Counted from the whole stretch's first letter, positions 1 through 9,725 are shown. The stretch: 62,972 nucleotides of DNA, filler included, from Anaerolineae bacterium (GCA_029262755.1; 7 parts of 7 records of this genome joined end to end with filler, not necessarily neighbours in it), one strand, 5' to 3'. Numbers and translations: made by a program. Notes: generated from the sequence alone by a model not told the origin.

Positions 1-294
1 CGCCTCGAGCTCCGCCCGCCGACGTGCGGCTGCGCGCTTGCCCTCGGCCATCGCCCGGCGCACGTGATCCCGTGCGGGCGCAAGGGGGCTGTTGTCGGCG
101 AGTAGCGCGTCGCGGCGCTCCTCGTCCATCCACAACCGCCAGAGGGCGTAGCCGACGCCCAGCAGGACGAGCAGGCGGAACAACGAGGCGAAGAAACCGC
201 GCGAAGGGTCCTCTGCGACCACGACGGGGACGATGTCGGGCTCGTTCGCGGCCCGATTCGCGCGCTTACGCCCGACCATGGGTGTCCGAGCCAT
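1..294 (-). CDS. Small single-TM protein, YtxH-like (3' end runs off the window)
   Basis: Read by hand, not in the ORF track: MARTPMVGRK...GFFASLFRLLVLLGVGYALWRLW...RRAMAEGKRAAARRRAELEA. TM helix then helical tail; overlaps the stop of the upstream gene. Alternative ATG at 279. Confidence 0.6.
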   Translation of the reverse strand, partial: MARTPMVGRKRANRAANEPDIVPVVVAEDPSRGFFASLFRLLVLLGVGYALWRLWMDEERRDALLADNSPLAPARDHVRRAMAEGKRAAARRRAELEA

Positions 295-658
295 GTATTC
301 CCGAGCCACCGGGTGTGCCGGCGCCGGGCGTTGCGGCGCCACGCGCCGAAGGACCCTTCGGTGCGCCCTTGGTCGGACCCGGCGCGGCGCTCTTGCCTCC
401 ACCCAACAAGGGGATCGCGGCCACACGGTCCTTCAGGAACGTGGCCGTGTCGCCGACCGTGGTCGTCAACTCCTGCACGGCGCCGACGATGGGATGCGCT
501 TCGTCGCGCAGTTCCTTGCCAAGCCGCCAGAGCTGCCAGCCGACGATGCTGAGAAAGATGGACGACAACACGAGGCTGGCGGCGGCGAGGATCACCGTAA
601 TGTCTCGCAACACAACGTACCAGGGATCGGCTTGGAGCAACCACGCGGCCAGGAGCAT
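266..658 (-). CDS. Membrane protein, hypothetical (N-terminal TM helix, helical segment, low-complexity tail)
   Basis: 130-aa ORF with hydrophobic ILAAASLVLSSIFLSIVGWQLW; TACAAT -10-like box upstream near 729-734. Confidence 0.7.
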   Translation of the reverse strand: MLLAAWLLQADPWYVVLRDITVILAAASLVLSSIFLSIVGWQLWRLGKELRDEAHPIVGAVQELTTTVGDTATFLKDRVAAIPLLGGGKSAAPGPTKGAPKGPSARGAATPGAGTPGGSGIHGSDTHGRA

Positions 659-799
659 GAGGGGCCTTTCGCTTAGGGTCGTCGAGCCCTTGTTGCTTGA
701 CGAGCCCTTGGGAGGAGCACGGCGGGCGATTGTATCACGCGCGCTTCACCGGCAACCAACGTTCGCGCACGAGGGATCTGCGTAGGTGCAGTGGTCGCG

Positions 800-1060
800 C
801 TAGATCCGGCGGTTGCGGCGCAGCCAATGCCCGACGGCCATCAAGGTCCACGCGCCTGCCAGCGCGTAGCCGGCGTGGACCTCACCAAGACGCAGCAGAT
901 CGCCGCCGACGGCGCGCGCGACGGCCTCTCCGCCGGTAAAACCGACGAGGGAGAGGATCAGCGTAACGAATAGATCGCGCACGTCCCTGCCGAGCACGAC
1001 GTGGAAGAGAAAGCCGGAGAGACCGACGAGCAGCACCGAGAGCACGAATGCGGGAGGCAT
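800..1060 (-). CDS. Small 3-TM membrane protein
   Basis: MPPAFVLSVLLVGLSGFLFHVVLGR..., three hydrophobic segments; starts 2 nt after the mnmA stop. Confidence 0.7.
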   Translation of the reverse strand: MPPAFVLSVLLVGLSGFLFHVVLGRDVRDLFVTLILSLVGFTGGEAVARAVGGDLLRLGEVHAGYALAGAWTLMAVGHWLRRNRRI

Positions 1061-1062
1061 GG

Positions 1063-2289
1063 TCACGCCGCCGCCGCGTCGGTTGCGATCGGGCCGCCAC
1101 CCACGACTTCGTCCCCGCGCCAGGCCACGAGTCCCTGGCCGCGCGTGGGCGCGCGAACCGGCTCGTCGAAGCGCAGCCAAGCCCCACCATCGGCCGTTGC
1201 GCGCAAGCGGGCGGGCGCGGCGGCGGCGCGGTAGCGTATCTGCGCCGTGACGCGCATCCCTGGCGAGGAAGCACGCGAGTGCACGCCTTCATCGCCCTCC
1301 ACCGGCCGGAACGCGTCGTCAAACGGAGCACCGTCACCCGCGAGTGCATCGGCCGGGGGCTCTCCTGCGATCCAATGCATCGTCCGTACACGCAGCTCGC
1401 GGGTCCACAGCATTTCGTCCGGCCCGACGATCAGCGCGTTGCGCGCGACGTCGCGGCCCACCACGTACGCGGGGGCGCCCAGTGCGACGCCGAGGCCGCG
1501 ACGCTGCCCCAAGGTGTAGCGCGGCAGCCCTTCGTGGCGACCCACCTCGTTGCCGTCAGGTCCCAGGATGGGGCCGGGCGCCAGCGCATCTTGGCTCATG
1601 TGACGGGCGAGGAATCCAGGCAGACCCTTGTCGCCGACCCAGCACAAGTCGACGGAATCGGCGCGTTGCGCGACGGGCAGCTCCATCGCCTCGGCCAGGC
1701 GCCGCACATCGGGCTTGAGCAGGGGGCCGAGGGGGAACATCGCGCGCGAAAGCCGGTCCTGGTCGAGCCGATGGAGCACGTAGGATTGGTCCTTGCCGGG
1801 ATCGACGCCGCGCAGCAGACGCCATCGATCGTCCACGTGCTCGACACGCGCATAGTGGCCGGTCGCGAGCAGATCCGCGCCGACCGCGAGGGCACGCGAG
1901 AGCAGGAGGCCGAAGCGCACTTTGCGATTACAGGTGAAGCAGGGGTTCGGCGTATCGCCCGCGGCGGCGGAGGCGAGAAAATCGTCGACGACCGCGGACT
2001 TGAACTCGTCGGTGATATCCAGCAGGTGGAAGGGGATCTCCAAGCGATCCGCCACGGCGCGGGCGTCATCGACTGCATCCGGCGTGCAACACCGGTTCGT
2101 GCCCTCGGCGCCGGGTTCGGTCCACAAGCGAAGCATGATGCCCACGACGTCGTAGCCGGCCGCCACGCACAGGCCGGCCGCTACCGAACTGTCGACGCCG
2201 CCGCTCATCGCCACCGCGACCACCTGCCGCCCGGGGGAGGGCGGCGGCATAAGGCGTCGCGCGGCCTCAGCCGCTGCCGGAGGCAGCAT
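1063..2289 (-). CDS. mnmA: tRNA 2-thiouridine(34) synthase MnmA
   Basis: VAMSGGVDSS PP-loop, TPNPCFTCN, LATGHYAR, KDQSY, DSVDLCW, YTLGQRRGLG. Start uncertain (2289 or 2250). Confidence 0.95.
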   Translation of the reverse strand: MLPPAAAEAARRLMPPPSPGRQVVAVAMSGGVDSSVAAGLCVAAGYDVVGIMLRLWTEPGAEGTNRCCTPDAVDDARAVADRLEIPFHLLDITDEFKSAVVDDFLASAAAGDTPNPCFTCNRKVRFGLLLSRALAVGADLLATGHYARVEHVDDRWRLLRGVDPGKDQSYVLHRLDQDRLSRAMFPLGPLLKPDVRRLAEAMELPVAQRADSVDLCWVGDKGLPGFLARHMSQDALAPGPILGPDGNEVGRHEGLPRYTLGQRRGLGVALGAPAYVVGRDVARNALIVGPDEMLWTRELRVRTMHWIAGEPPADALAGDGAPFDDAFRPVEGDEGVHSRASSPGMRVTAQIRYRAAAAPARLRATADGGAWLRFDEPVRAPTRGQGLVAWRGDEVVGGGPIATDAAAA

Positions 2290-3157
2290 TGCCTTCGCGC
2301 AAGTTGGTCTGGACGATCGAGCCGTCCTCGCCACGTGTCCACTCGAGCTCGGACACCGCGCCGGCGGCGGGCAGCTCGTCGATCGCGGTTCCGTTGATGC
2401 TCACCTTCGTTGCGCGCGTAAGACCGGACTTCAGGTACAGGCGATCGCCTGCCTGGAAGGTCATGGACTCACCGGCGCGCACGAAGTTGTTGAAAACTTC
2501 GTCGCCGTCCGCGCGGACGATAATCCAAATGTCGTCCGCGTCGGCCGCAACGTCCAGCCATAGCCCGCTGGCCGGCGTGGCCGTCGCCTTGGGCGTCGGG
2601 CTGGTCAGGGCGCGCGTAGTGGACACGGGCATCGGCGGGCGCGTCGGGCGCGTGTCGGCGCGTACGGTGGCTACCGGCGTCCCCCCGGTGGGGCTCGGCT
2701 GGCCAACGGCGATCGCAACCGCCGCGGCCGTGGCGGTGGCTTCCGGGCCCGGTTGGCGCGAAGCCTCGATGCGCGGCCAGAGCTGCGTCACGATCATCCA
2801 GCCGAAAAGGCCGGCGGCCAACAACAAGACGACGGCCGAATAGATCGTCTCGAAGCTGACGCGGGGCTCGGTCACCAAGGGGCGGGAGATCAGCTGCGGT
2901 TCCGGCTGGCGTGCCTCGGTCGGCCGTTCCGTGAGGTACATGCGCATCACGCTGTTCGGCCGCATGCCCACCGCGCGGCCGTACATCTTCAGCAGGCCAC
3001 GCGTGTACACGCCCGGTGGCAACGCGTCCCAATTGCCAGCCTCGATCGCTTCGAGATAGCGCACGCGAATCCGCGTCACGGCCTCGATTTCCTCGAGACT
3101 GAGACCCAACTCCTCCCGATGACGCTGGAGGGTAGCGCCAAGCTCCGACATGCTCAT
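2267..3157 (-). CDS. RodZ-like protein (HTH_25, TM, Pro/Thr linker, DUF4115-like C-terminus)
   Basis: LGATLQRHREELGLSLEEIEAVTRIRVRYLEAIEAG...LPPGVYTRGLLKMY; one TM; C-terminal WIIVRADG...G...INGT. Confidence 0.85.
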   Translation of the reverse strand: MSMSELGATLQRHREELGLSLEEIEAVTRIRVRYLEAIEAGNWDALPPGVYTRGLLKMYGRAVGMRPNSVMRMYLTERPTEARQPEPQLISRPLVTEPRVSFETIYSAVVLLLAAGLFGWMIVTQLWPRIEASRQPGPEATATAAAVAIAVGQPSPTGGTPVATVRADTRPTRPPMPVSTTRALTSPTPKATATPASGLWLDVAADADDIWIIVRADGDEVFNNFVRAGESMTFQAGDRLYLKSGLTRATKVSINGTAIDELPAAGAVSELEWTRGEDGSIVQTNLREGNAASGSG

Positions 3158-3332
3158 GCTCGTTCCTGCGGGGTGCGCGCTGGTGGTGGGGGCAAGTGCG
3201 GCCGAGGGGGCAGCGCGTAGGACGGCGAAGCGTAGCATTGGGCCGTCATGCGGGACAATCGTTCAGACCTACGCGCTCCCACCGATTGCCTGCCGAACGC
3301 CCGCGCGGGGCCAGTACGGGTGCACAATCTCG

Positions 3333-3377
3333 AACCGTCGGCCTGCAAAGAGTCGGCCTGCCAACCGTCGGCCCGCG
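3333..3377. repeat. Three imperfect 15-bp tandem repeats (core GTCGGCCTGC)
   Basis: aaccgtcggcctgca / aagagtcggcctgcc / aaccgtcggcccgcg. Confidence 0.75.
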
Positions 3378-3389
3378 AACGCTTGTGGG

Positions 3390-3426
3390 CGAAGAAAAGG
3401 GGGACGAGCCCGCGGCCCGCCCCCCT
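3390..3426 (-). terminator. Intrinsic terminator of the rplJL transcript
   Basis: Minus strand GGGGGGCGGGCC-GCG-GGCTCGTCCCCC followed by TTTTCTT. Confidence 0.8.
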
Positions 3427-3465
3427 GGATCCTTGCTCGTGCTGTTCTATGGGCTCGACCCCTGA

Positions 3466-3625
3466 GGGGTCGTCCAACAATAACCTGACCAAGTCGGATG
3501 CCGCTGCATCCGCACCAGCGCCCTGCTGTTCCTCAGCAATAGCTCCGCTATTACCTCGTCTCATCAGAACCCTGGAGCGGCGCTTCGGCACCCTTTTTTG
3601 GGTCATCTTATTATCGGACGACCCC
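3466..3625. mobile_element. 160-bp MITE-like element / rod-shaped structured RNA
   Basis: Terminal inverted repeats GGGGTCGTCCAACAATAA (3466-3483) and TTATTATCGGACGACCCC (3608-3625), 16/18 match; flanked by TGA direct repeats (3463-3465, 3626-3628); no credible protein. Confidence 0.55.
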
Positions 3626-3677
3626 TGAGATACGCCACATACCGATCAGCGCGGTCGAGCCCTGTATAGCCCTGTTC

Positions 3678-4061
3678 CTACTTGATCGACACCTTGGCGC
3701 CGGCGCCCTCGAGCGTCGCCTTCGCGGACTCGGCATCTTCCTTGGTCATGCTCTCCAGGACGGCCGTCGGGGCGCTCTCGACAACCTCCTTGGCCTCCTT
3801 GAGACCCAGGCCCGGGTTGACCTCGCGGACCGCCTTGATGACCTTGATCTTCTCGGCACCGACGTCTTCGAGAACGACGTCGAACTCGGTCTTCTCTTCC
3901 TCGGCCGCGGCTCCGCCGCCGTCCATCATCGCCATGGTGCCCATCTGCATCGGCGCCGCGGCGCTGACGCCCCAGGCCTCTTCGAGGGTCTTGACGAGCT
4001 CTGCGGCTTCGGCGAGGGTCAGTTCGCTCAGCTGTTCCTGAATCTTGGCCAGATCTGCCAT
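3678..4061 (-). CDS. rplL: 50S ribosomal protein L7/L12
   Basis: [10 protein letters not shown]...[10 protein letters not shown]...[12 protein letters not shown]. Confidence 0.98.
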   Translation of the reverse strand: MADLAKIQEQLSELTLAEAAELVKTLEEAWGVSAAAPMQMGTMAMMDGGGAAAEEEKTEFDVVLEDVGAEKIKVIKAVREVNPGLGLKEAKEVVESAPTAVLESMTKEDAESAKATLEGAGAKVSIK

Positions 4062-4145
4062 GGTGTTCGCTTCTCCTTCTCGTAGATTACGAGGTTGGTT
4101 GCAGGGTTGGTGCTGCGTTCGAATCGGCGGAATACGGCCCTGTAT

Positions 4146-4679
4146 CTAGGCCGCCTCGTCTTCCGCCTTGTTGGCATAGGCGTTGATCACGCCGACCAGG
4201 TCACGCAACGGCGCGTTGAGCACCGAGACGAGCTGGCGCGACGGCGCTGCGATGACGCCGACGATCTGCGTAAGGACCTCTTCCTTGGTCGGGAGCTTCG
4301 ACATCATGAGGACGCCGCTCTCGTCAAGGACCTTGCCCTCGAGCATACCGCCGCGGACCTCGAGATCATCGTGGTCTTCGGCAAAGTCCAGTAGGGCCTT
4401 CGTCGGCTTGGACACTTCCTCGCCGAGCACGGTGATGGCGGTCGGACCGCTCAGCAGCGCGGTCGGCGGCTCGATGCCGGCCTGATTGAAGGCCAGCGTG
4501 GCCAGGGTGTTCTTGATGACGTGCATCGTGGCGCCGCTCTCACGCAGCTGCGTGCGCAAGGTCTGCAGCTCATGCACGTCGAGGCCGCGGTAGTCGCTGA
4601 CCACCACCGCCGTGGACGAGCTAAGGTGCTCGACCATGGTGGCGACGATCTCCTTCTTCCGGGCGCGAGACAGGGGCAA
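4146..4679 (-). CDS. rplJ: 50S ribosomal protein L10
   Basis: DYRGL...LRTQLR...VIKNTL...GPTAI...[11 protein letters not shown] start at 4679 with AAGGAGG upstream. Confidence 0.95.
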   Translation of the reverse strand: MPLSRARKKEIVATMVEHLSSSTAVVVSDYRGLDVHELQTLRTQLRESGATMHVIKNTLATLAFNQAGIEPPTALLSGPTAITVLGEEVSKPTKALLDFAEDHDDLEVRGGMLEGKVLDESGVLMMSKLPTKEEVLTQIVGVIAAPSRQLVSVLNAPLRDLVGVINAYANKAEDEAA

Positions 4680-4847
4680 GAGTCCCTCCTTCCATTCGGG
4701 GCGCCGCGCCGCAATGTCAACAGAGCGCAGGACACGGGCACGGGCGTTGGTTCGGACTGGGTTCACCGGCGATTGCGGCCGCGGCACCCAGGGCGCGCTA
4801 GGCTCGTGGCGGACCCTCAAAGGAATCCGATCACGACCCGCTTCGCC

Positions 4848-5010
4848 CAAAGAAAATGCCCCGCGGCGTCGAGGCGCGCGGGGCGAGGCGTTCATCGTGC
4901 TTGCGCACAACGGGCCTGCTTGCGTCACCTCGGCAGGCTTCCCACGCGATCCGGGCGGATCGGGCGCGGAAGATTGAGGACCTTGCGGCCCACCTGCGGT
5001 CTCCGGCAAA
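4848..5010 (-). promoter_or_regulatory. L10 leader RNA with attenuator-like hairpin
   Basis: GCCGGAGACCGCAGGTG...CCTGCCGAGG matches the L10-leader core; ends in GCCCCGCG...CGCGGGGC-ATTTTCTTT upstream of rplJ. Confidence 0.85.
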
Positions 5011-5054
5011 CGGTGAATTCAGTTGTTCAGCCACCCATGAACGGGCGGCGGCGG

Positions 5055-5083
5055 ATCGTAGCGCAACGCCGCCGCCCGGTCAA
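5055..5083 (-). promoter_or_regulatory. sigma70-type promoter for rplJL
   Basis: TTGACC-N17-TACGAT just after the rplA stop and before the L10 leader. Confidence 0.6.
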
Positions 5084-5098
5084 CGGGGAGCGCGTTCG

Positions 5099-5815
5099 CT
5101 ACTCGGTTGCTTCCTCAGCCAGCGCGCTGGCCAAATCGATCTTGAGACCAGGCCCCATGGACGTGGCGAGCACCGTGGACATCACGTACTGCCCCTTGAC
5201 GGCCGGGGGCCGCGCGCGCACCACGGCGTCGATTACGGTGGCCGTGTTGACGGTCAGCTGCGCAACATCGAAACTCGCCTTGCCGACCGGCACATGGATG
5301 TTGGACGTCTTGTCGACACGGAACTCGATACGACCCGCCTTCAACTGCGCCACGACCTCGCCGACGTCCTGCGGCGAAACGACCGTGCCCGCCTTCGGGC
5401 TCGGCATGAGGCCACGCGGGCCAAGCACCGGGCCGAGACGGCCGACCACGCGCATCATGGGTTGCGTTGCCACGACGGCATCAAACTCCGTCCAGCCACC
5501 TTTGATCTTGGCGGCCAGTTCGTCACCGCCGACCTCATCGGCGCCCGCTTCCCTAGCAAGCTTTTCCGACTCGCCCTCCGCGAACACGACGACGCGCGTC
5601 GTGCGTCCGGTCCCGTGCGGCAAGGAAACGGTGCCACGTACCTGCTGATCTGCGTGACGCGGATCGACGTTGAGCCGCATGTGCAACTCGACCGTTTCGT
5701 CGAAGTTGGGACGTCGAAGTTCCCGTGCAATCTCGATGGCCTCGCCAAGCGGGTAAATCTTCTCGATGTCGACGCGCTCTTGGACTTTTTTCTGGTGCTT
5801 CGTGAGCTTGGCCAT
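5099..5815 (-). CDS. rplA: 50S ribosomal protein L1
   Basis: FDETVELH...[20 protein letters not shown]...[15 protein letters not shown]. Confidence 0.98.
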   Translation of the reverse strand: MAKLTKHQKKVQERVDIEKIYPLGEAIEIARELRRPNFDETVELHMRLNVDPRHADQQVRGTVSLPHGTGRTTRVVVFAEGESEKLAREAGADEVGGDELAAKIKGGWTEFDAVVATQPMMRVVGRLGPVLGPRGLMPSPKAGTVVSPQDVGEVVAQLKAGRIEFRVDKTSNIHVPVGKASFDVAQLTVNTATVIDAVVRARPPAVKGQYVMSTVLATSMGPGLKIDLASALAEEATE

Positions 5816-5817
5816 GG

Positions 5818-6246
5818 CTACTTCTTCTCCACGCGGATGCCCATCGAGCGGGCCGTACCTTCGATCATCTTCATCGCCTGGTCGACGTCGAACGCGTTCA
5901 GGTCGACCATCTTCTTCTCGGCGATCTCTCGCACCTGACTCTTCGTGACTTTGCCCGCCCGATCGGTGAGCGGGTTGGCCGCACCCTTGGGGATGCCGGC
6001 CGCCTTGAGCAGCAGGGCTGCCGCAGGCGGAGTCTTGGTGATGAAGCTGAAGGAACGGTCCTGGTACACGGTGATCTCGACCGGCACGATGTCACCGACC
6101 TGGCTCGACGTGCGGCCGTTGTATTCCTTGCAGAATTGCATGATGTTCACGCCATGCTGACCGAGGGCCGGACCCAAGGGCGGACCAGGTGTTGCGCCGC
6201 CCGCCGGAATCTGGACCTTGATGATGGTCATTACCTTCTGTGCCAT
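5818..6246 (-). CDS. rplK: 50S ribosomal protein L11
   Basis: [27 protein letters not shown]...GTARSMGI. Confidence 0.98.
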   Translation of the reverse strand: MAQKVMTIIKVQIPAGGATPGPPLGPALGQHGVNIMQFCKEYNGRTSSQVGDIVPVEITVYQDRSFSFITKTPPAAALLLKAAGIPKGAANPLTDRAGKVTKSQVREIAEKKMVDLNAFDVDQAMKMIEGTARSMGIRVEKK

Positions 6247-6431
6247 GTGCTGCCTCTCCTGGATACCGCGTCACCGAACCGGGCGCATTTGCCGTGTCGG
6301 GGCGAGAATCGCGGTTTCTCTGACGTGCGGCGATCGCCCATCGCCTCCGTCTGACAACCGGCCCCGATGGGCGGTTGCTCCTACACGCGCCGCAACCGTG
6401 AAGATGCGCTCACGGTGCGACGCGGTTGCCG

Positions 6432-7064
6432 CTATACCTTCTCGACTTGCAGGAAGTCGAGCTCCACCGGCGTTTCTCTGCCGAAGAAGTTCACCATCAA
6501 GCGCACCTTGCCGCGATCCATGTCGATCGCGTCGACGATGCCGTGGAAATCGGTAAATGGACCGTCCACGATGCGCACGCTCTGGCCCTGCCGGAACGTG
6601 ATGCGCACCTGCGGCTCTTCGGACTCCATCCGGCTGAGGATACGCTGCACGTCCTCGGGACGTAGCGGAGTCGGTCGCAAGCGATCCTCCGGCTCGGAAC
6701 CGCCGCCGACGAAGCCGGTCACGGCCGGCGTATCGCGTACGACCTTCCAGGAATCGTCCGTCAACGTCATGCGCACCAGCACGTAGCCGGGGAAGATCTT
6801 TCGTTCCACAACCCGCCGCTGGCCGTCCTTGATGTCGATCTCTTCCTCGACCGGAACAACCACTTGGAAGATCTGGTCGAGCATCCCCATCGTCTCGATA
6901 CGGTGCTCGAGGTTGATCTTGACCTTGTTCTCGTAGCCGGAATAGGTATGGATGACGTACCAGTCGGCGTCCTCGGGAATTGCCAACGCGGCGTCGGCAA
7001 CGGGATCACCCGTGCCCGCGTCCGCCTCGGCTGTATCCTCGGATTGCTCTTTCGCGTCGGTCAT
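6432..7064 (-). CDS. nusG: Transcription factor NusG
   Basis: WYVIHTYSGYENKVK...FPGYVLV...KOW VRIVDGPF...FGRETPVEL; ATG 7064 with CAGGAG. Confidence 0.97.
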   Translation of the reverse strand: MTDAKEQSEDTAEADAGTGDPVADAALAIPEDADWYVIHTYSGYENKVKINLEHRIETMGMLDQIFQVVVPVEEEIDIKDGQRRVVERKIFPGYVLVRMTLTDDSWKVVRDTPAVTGFVGGGSEPEDRLRPTPLRPEDVQRILSRMESEEPQVRITFRQGQSVRIVDGPFTDFHGIVDAIDMDRGKVRLMVNFFGRETPVELDFLQVEKV

Positions 7065-7186
7065 CGATGGCTCCTGAGTCGTGACCTGCCACGGGGGCTC
7101 GGCACGACATTCCGGGACGGGCACAGGTTCAAGGCAGCGGGCACGTGCGGGCGTGAACGACGGCGAAACGCCGCGTTCGGTTGAGC

Positions 7187-7399
7187 CTAGAGGCCCCTGA
7201 GGTCGAAGAGAAATCGCATCACGCGCGAGAGCACGAAATCGATTCCGAAGATGATAAACATCACCAATACCACGACGAACAATACGACCACCGTCAGGTT
7301 CCAGGCCTCTTCCCGCGTCGGCCAGACCACCTTCTGCATTTCCGAACGTGTTTCGTCGAGGTAGGCGACTACGCCTCCGCCTGTCTGCTCATCCGCCAC
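7187..7399 (-). CDS. secE: Preprotein translocase SecE
   Basis: SEMQKVVWPTREE plus one TM; GTG start at 7399 with GGGAG. Confidence 0.95.
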   Translation of the reverse strand: MADEQTGGGVVAYLDETRSEMQKVVWPTREEAWNLTVVVLFVVVLVMFIIFGIDFVLSRVMRFLFDLRGL

Positions 7400-7434
7400 A
7401 GTGTTCTCCCGTCGTCCATTGCAAGGCGCGCAGT

Positions 7435-7462
7435 GGCCGGTCACCGCACAGGGTGACCGGCC
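7435..7462. terminator. 11-bp perfect hairpin between tuf and secE
   Basis: GGCCGGTCACC-GCACAG-GGTGACCGGCC; no U tail, so function (pause, stability, processing) is uncertain. Confidence 0.4.
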
Positions 7463-7481
7463 CAAAGAAGCGCGGCTGTCT

Positions 7482-7671
7482 TTACTCGATGATCTTGCTG
7501 ACGACACCGGCGCCGACGGTCCGGCCACCTTCGCGGATTGCGAAGCGCGCGCCTGCGTCCAGCGCCACCGGCGTGATCAGCTCGATCTTCAGGTTCACGT
7601 TGTCACCGGGCATCACCATCTCGGTGCCGCTCGGCAGCTCCGCCGTGCCCGTCACGTCCATCGTCCGGATA
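7482..7671 (-). CDS. tuf: Elongation factor Tu, 3' fragment at contig end
   Basis: ...[22 protein letters not shown]...[21 protein letters not shown]. Confidence 0.95.
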
Positions 7672-7771
7672 NNNNNNNNNNNNNNNNNNNNNNNNNNNNN
7701 NNNNNNNNNNNNNNNTTAATTAATTAANNNNNNNNNNNNNNNNNNNNNNNNNNNNNNNNNNNNNNNNNNNN
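7672..7771. other. Artificial contig linker (N-run, TTAATTAATTAA, N-run)
   Basis: Six-frame-stop linker; the same at 18336-18435, 25903-26002, 38322-38421, 53632-53731, 60021-60120. Confidence 0.99.
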
Positions 7772-8156
7772 CCTCGATGCGCGCCCCCACGCCGACATAC
7801 ACATGCCGCCCGTCCGCGGCGGGCACGACGGTCATGCGGGTGCCGCCGAGGATGTGCTGGACGCGTAGTTGGGCCGGCGCCTCGTCGGTGAGGATGCGGC
7901 TCGGCACGGAGGAAGCGGGATTGCGCCGGCCGTCGCTGCGCAACTCGCCCGTTCCGCCGGCCGGTGCGGGCTCGATCCGACGTGCGCGCTCGAGCGACGG
8001 CGTCGTCGCGCGATGATGGACCGAGGATGCCTCAGGCCCGATGAGTGACAGCGGCAGTCCCGTTGCAAAGGTCTCCGACCCGGCGGTCGTCGCAAGCACG
8101 GCGAGCGCGCAGCCCAGCGCGACGAGCCGCACCCGGGCTGTTGCTGCGCGGATCAT
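7772..8156 (-). CDS. Secreted beta-propeller (LVIVD-like) protein, 5' fragment
   Basis: Signal peptide MIRAATARVRLVALGCALAVLA; HILGGTRMTV...VYVGVGARI resembles the start of the 10391-12556 protein. Confidence 0.6.
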
Positions 8157-8643
8157 GAAGGCACCAATTCCCGTACCGCCGCCAGTTCGATTTTTCGTCT
8201 CACGTAAGTCCCCCGTAGTCCGCGCCCAACCGGAGGCTGGAGGTCCGTCGTTTCGCCCAGGCACACTGCATCCTACCGCAGCGCGGAGTCCGCAACGAGA
8301 GGTCCTGAATCGCCCGGGGCATCGCGTGGACAGAGGTGATTCGATGCATCGCTCGAGCGGAGTCCACGTGCGTCGCTGCACGCCTGGGCTACGACGCGAC
8401 CGCGGACCGCGGGGGGACGCCTGTGGTCCATGAACGCGTGAGCTCACTCGGCCACGAAGACTCGCGGGCGGAGCGAGGTAAGCCGGCTCTCAGGCTCTGC
8501 ATCACGGAAGTGCGTAAGGGGCGCCGCGCTCGCGACATCGAGGCGACCCTTGCTGACGAAACACCGTCGCTCACAGCCGGCCCATGGCTTTGCTAGCGAT
8601 ATAGCCGGCCCATATCGCTAGCCGGTGCTTCGCCCCAGAGCAC

Positions 8644-9081
8644 CTACTTCTCCGGGATCACACGCGTCGCCGAGCCGACGAGTCGGAATCGTGTCGTCCC
8701 GAGGCCACCCTCGGATGCGAAGACCTCAACATAGTAGATGGATGTGCCGGTCACTGCTGGCGCCATGGCGTCAGACGCGTTGTAGGCCTCGATGACCGAG
8801 TCGATGTCCTTGGTCGCCTGCGTATCCAACACGAGTATCGCTGCCGGTTTCGAAACGCCGAACAGCGAGAAGCCACTGGCTGCGACGATCTGCTTGCCTT
8901 CCTTTTGGCCCCACGACTCGAGGTCGCCGTCAAAGCCTTCCAAGGCCGCCACTGGCCCTTCGACTGCCTCCTCGGACGCAGACTGTGCAGCACCCGACAG
9001 GTCGTCGGATGGACTGCAAGCGACGAGCGATATGAGTGAGAGGCTCAGAAGGGCGGACAGGGCAATTCCTTGCATGTTCAT
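8644..9081 (-). CDS. Putative lipoprotein, unknown function
   Basis: MNMQGIALSALLSLSLISLVAC lipobox; AGGAGAG RBS; 11-bp hairpin at 8592-8622 after the stop. Confidence 0.7.
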   Translation of the reverse strand: MNMQGIALSALLSLSLISLVACSPSDDLSGAAQSASEEAVEGPVAALEGFDGDLESWGQKEGKQIVAASGFSLFGVSKPAAILVLDTQATKDIDSVIEAYNASDAMAPAVTGTSIYYVEVFASEGGLGTTRFRLVGSATRVIPEK

Positions 9082-9259
9082 GATCTCTCCTGGATGGCTT
9101 GCAGCCCGTACTACGCGGAGTACGGGTCGATGTTCCCGGGGATCGCCATTCTTGGCCGCGTCACTGACCAGTACCAGTATGACGTGGAACCCTCCAACCC
9201 TTCCCAACGTTGGGCTCCCCTATCAACGACCCGCCCCGCGTGCGAAGGAGGCCCCCGCC

Positions 9260-9682
9260 ATGGCCACGATGATCCAGGCCGTCACCCGTTACCGTCCACG
9301 ACTCGTGCACAAGGGCACCATCGGCGTCGACAAGCTCGCCGCGCGCATGGTGCACAGTTCGCTGGCTAGCGAGTCCGTTGTGCGCCACGTCCTATCGGAT
9401 CTCGAACGCCAGGTGATCGATGCGCTCCAAGAAGGGTACTCGGCACGGTTGCCTGGACTTGGGCGCTTCTCGGTGGAACTGAGCAAGACCGGCGTCCTGC
9501 GGCCCTACGTGCGCACCGACGTCAAGCTGCGTCGCGCGCTGGCAAGCCCCGATCTCTACGGAGGCGAGATCCACCAGCGCGAGAACATCGGCCTGTCGGC
9601 GGCCGAGATGGCCGCGCTGTGGAACGCGGAGCATCCCGAGGACCCGATCGTCGACGCGCCGGGGACAGCGATGGCGGCCTGA
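9260..9682 (+). CDS. HU/IHF-like DNA-binding protein with extensions
   Basis: KLAARM...ESVVRHVLSDLERQVIDALQEGYSARLPGLGRFSV, HU-like signature; AAGGAGG RBS. Confidence 0.7.
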   Translation: MATMIQAVTRYRPRLVHKGTIGVDKLAARMVHSSLASESVVRHVLSDLERQVIDALQEGYSARLPGLGRFSVELSKTGVLRPYVRTDVKLRRALASPDLYGGEIHQRENIGLSAAEMAALWNAEHPEDPIVDAPGTAMAA

Positions 9683-9725
9683 GATTGCCGCCGCGCACCG
9701 TCCGGTGCAGCGGCTCGACACGTGC

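Noticed and set aside
3495..3590. glmS-like words (AGCGCC...GACGAGG...GCGGAUGC) and hammerhead-like CUGAUGA on the minus strand
   Set aside because: The glmS AUCGAA/UCGGCGG core and a downstream glmS gene are missing; there is no GAAA partner for a hammerhead.
3154..3628. ORFs 3154-3606 and 3248-3628
   Set aside because: They run through a terminator, repeats and the inverted-repeat element; no protein-like features.
3451..3662. 6S RNA or tmRNA
   Set aside because: No tRNA-like ends or tag frame; no clear large central bubble for 6S. Not fully excluded without a covariance search.
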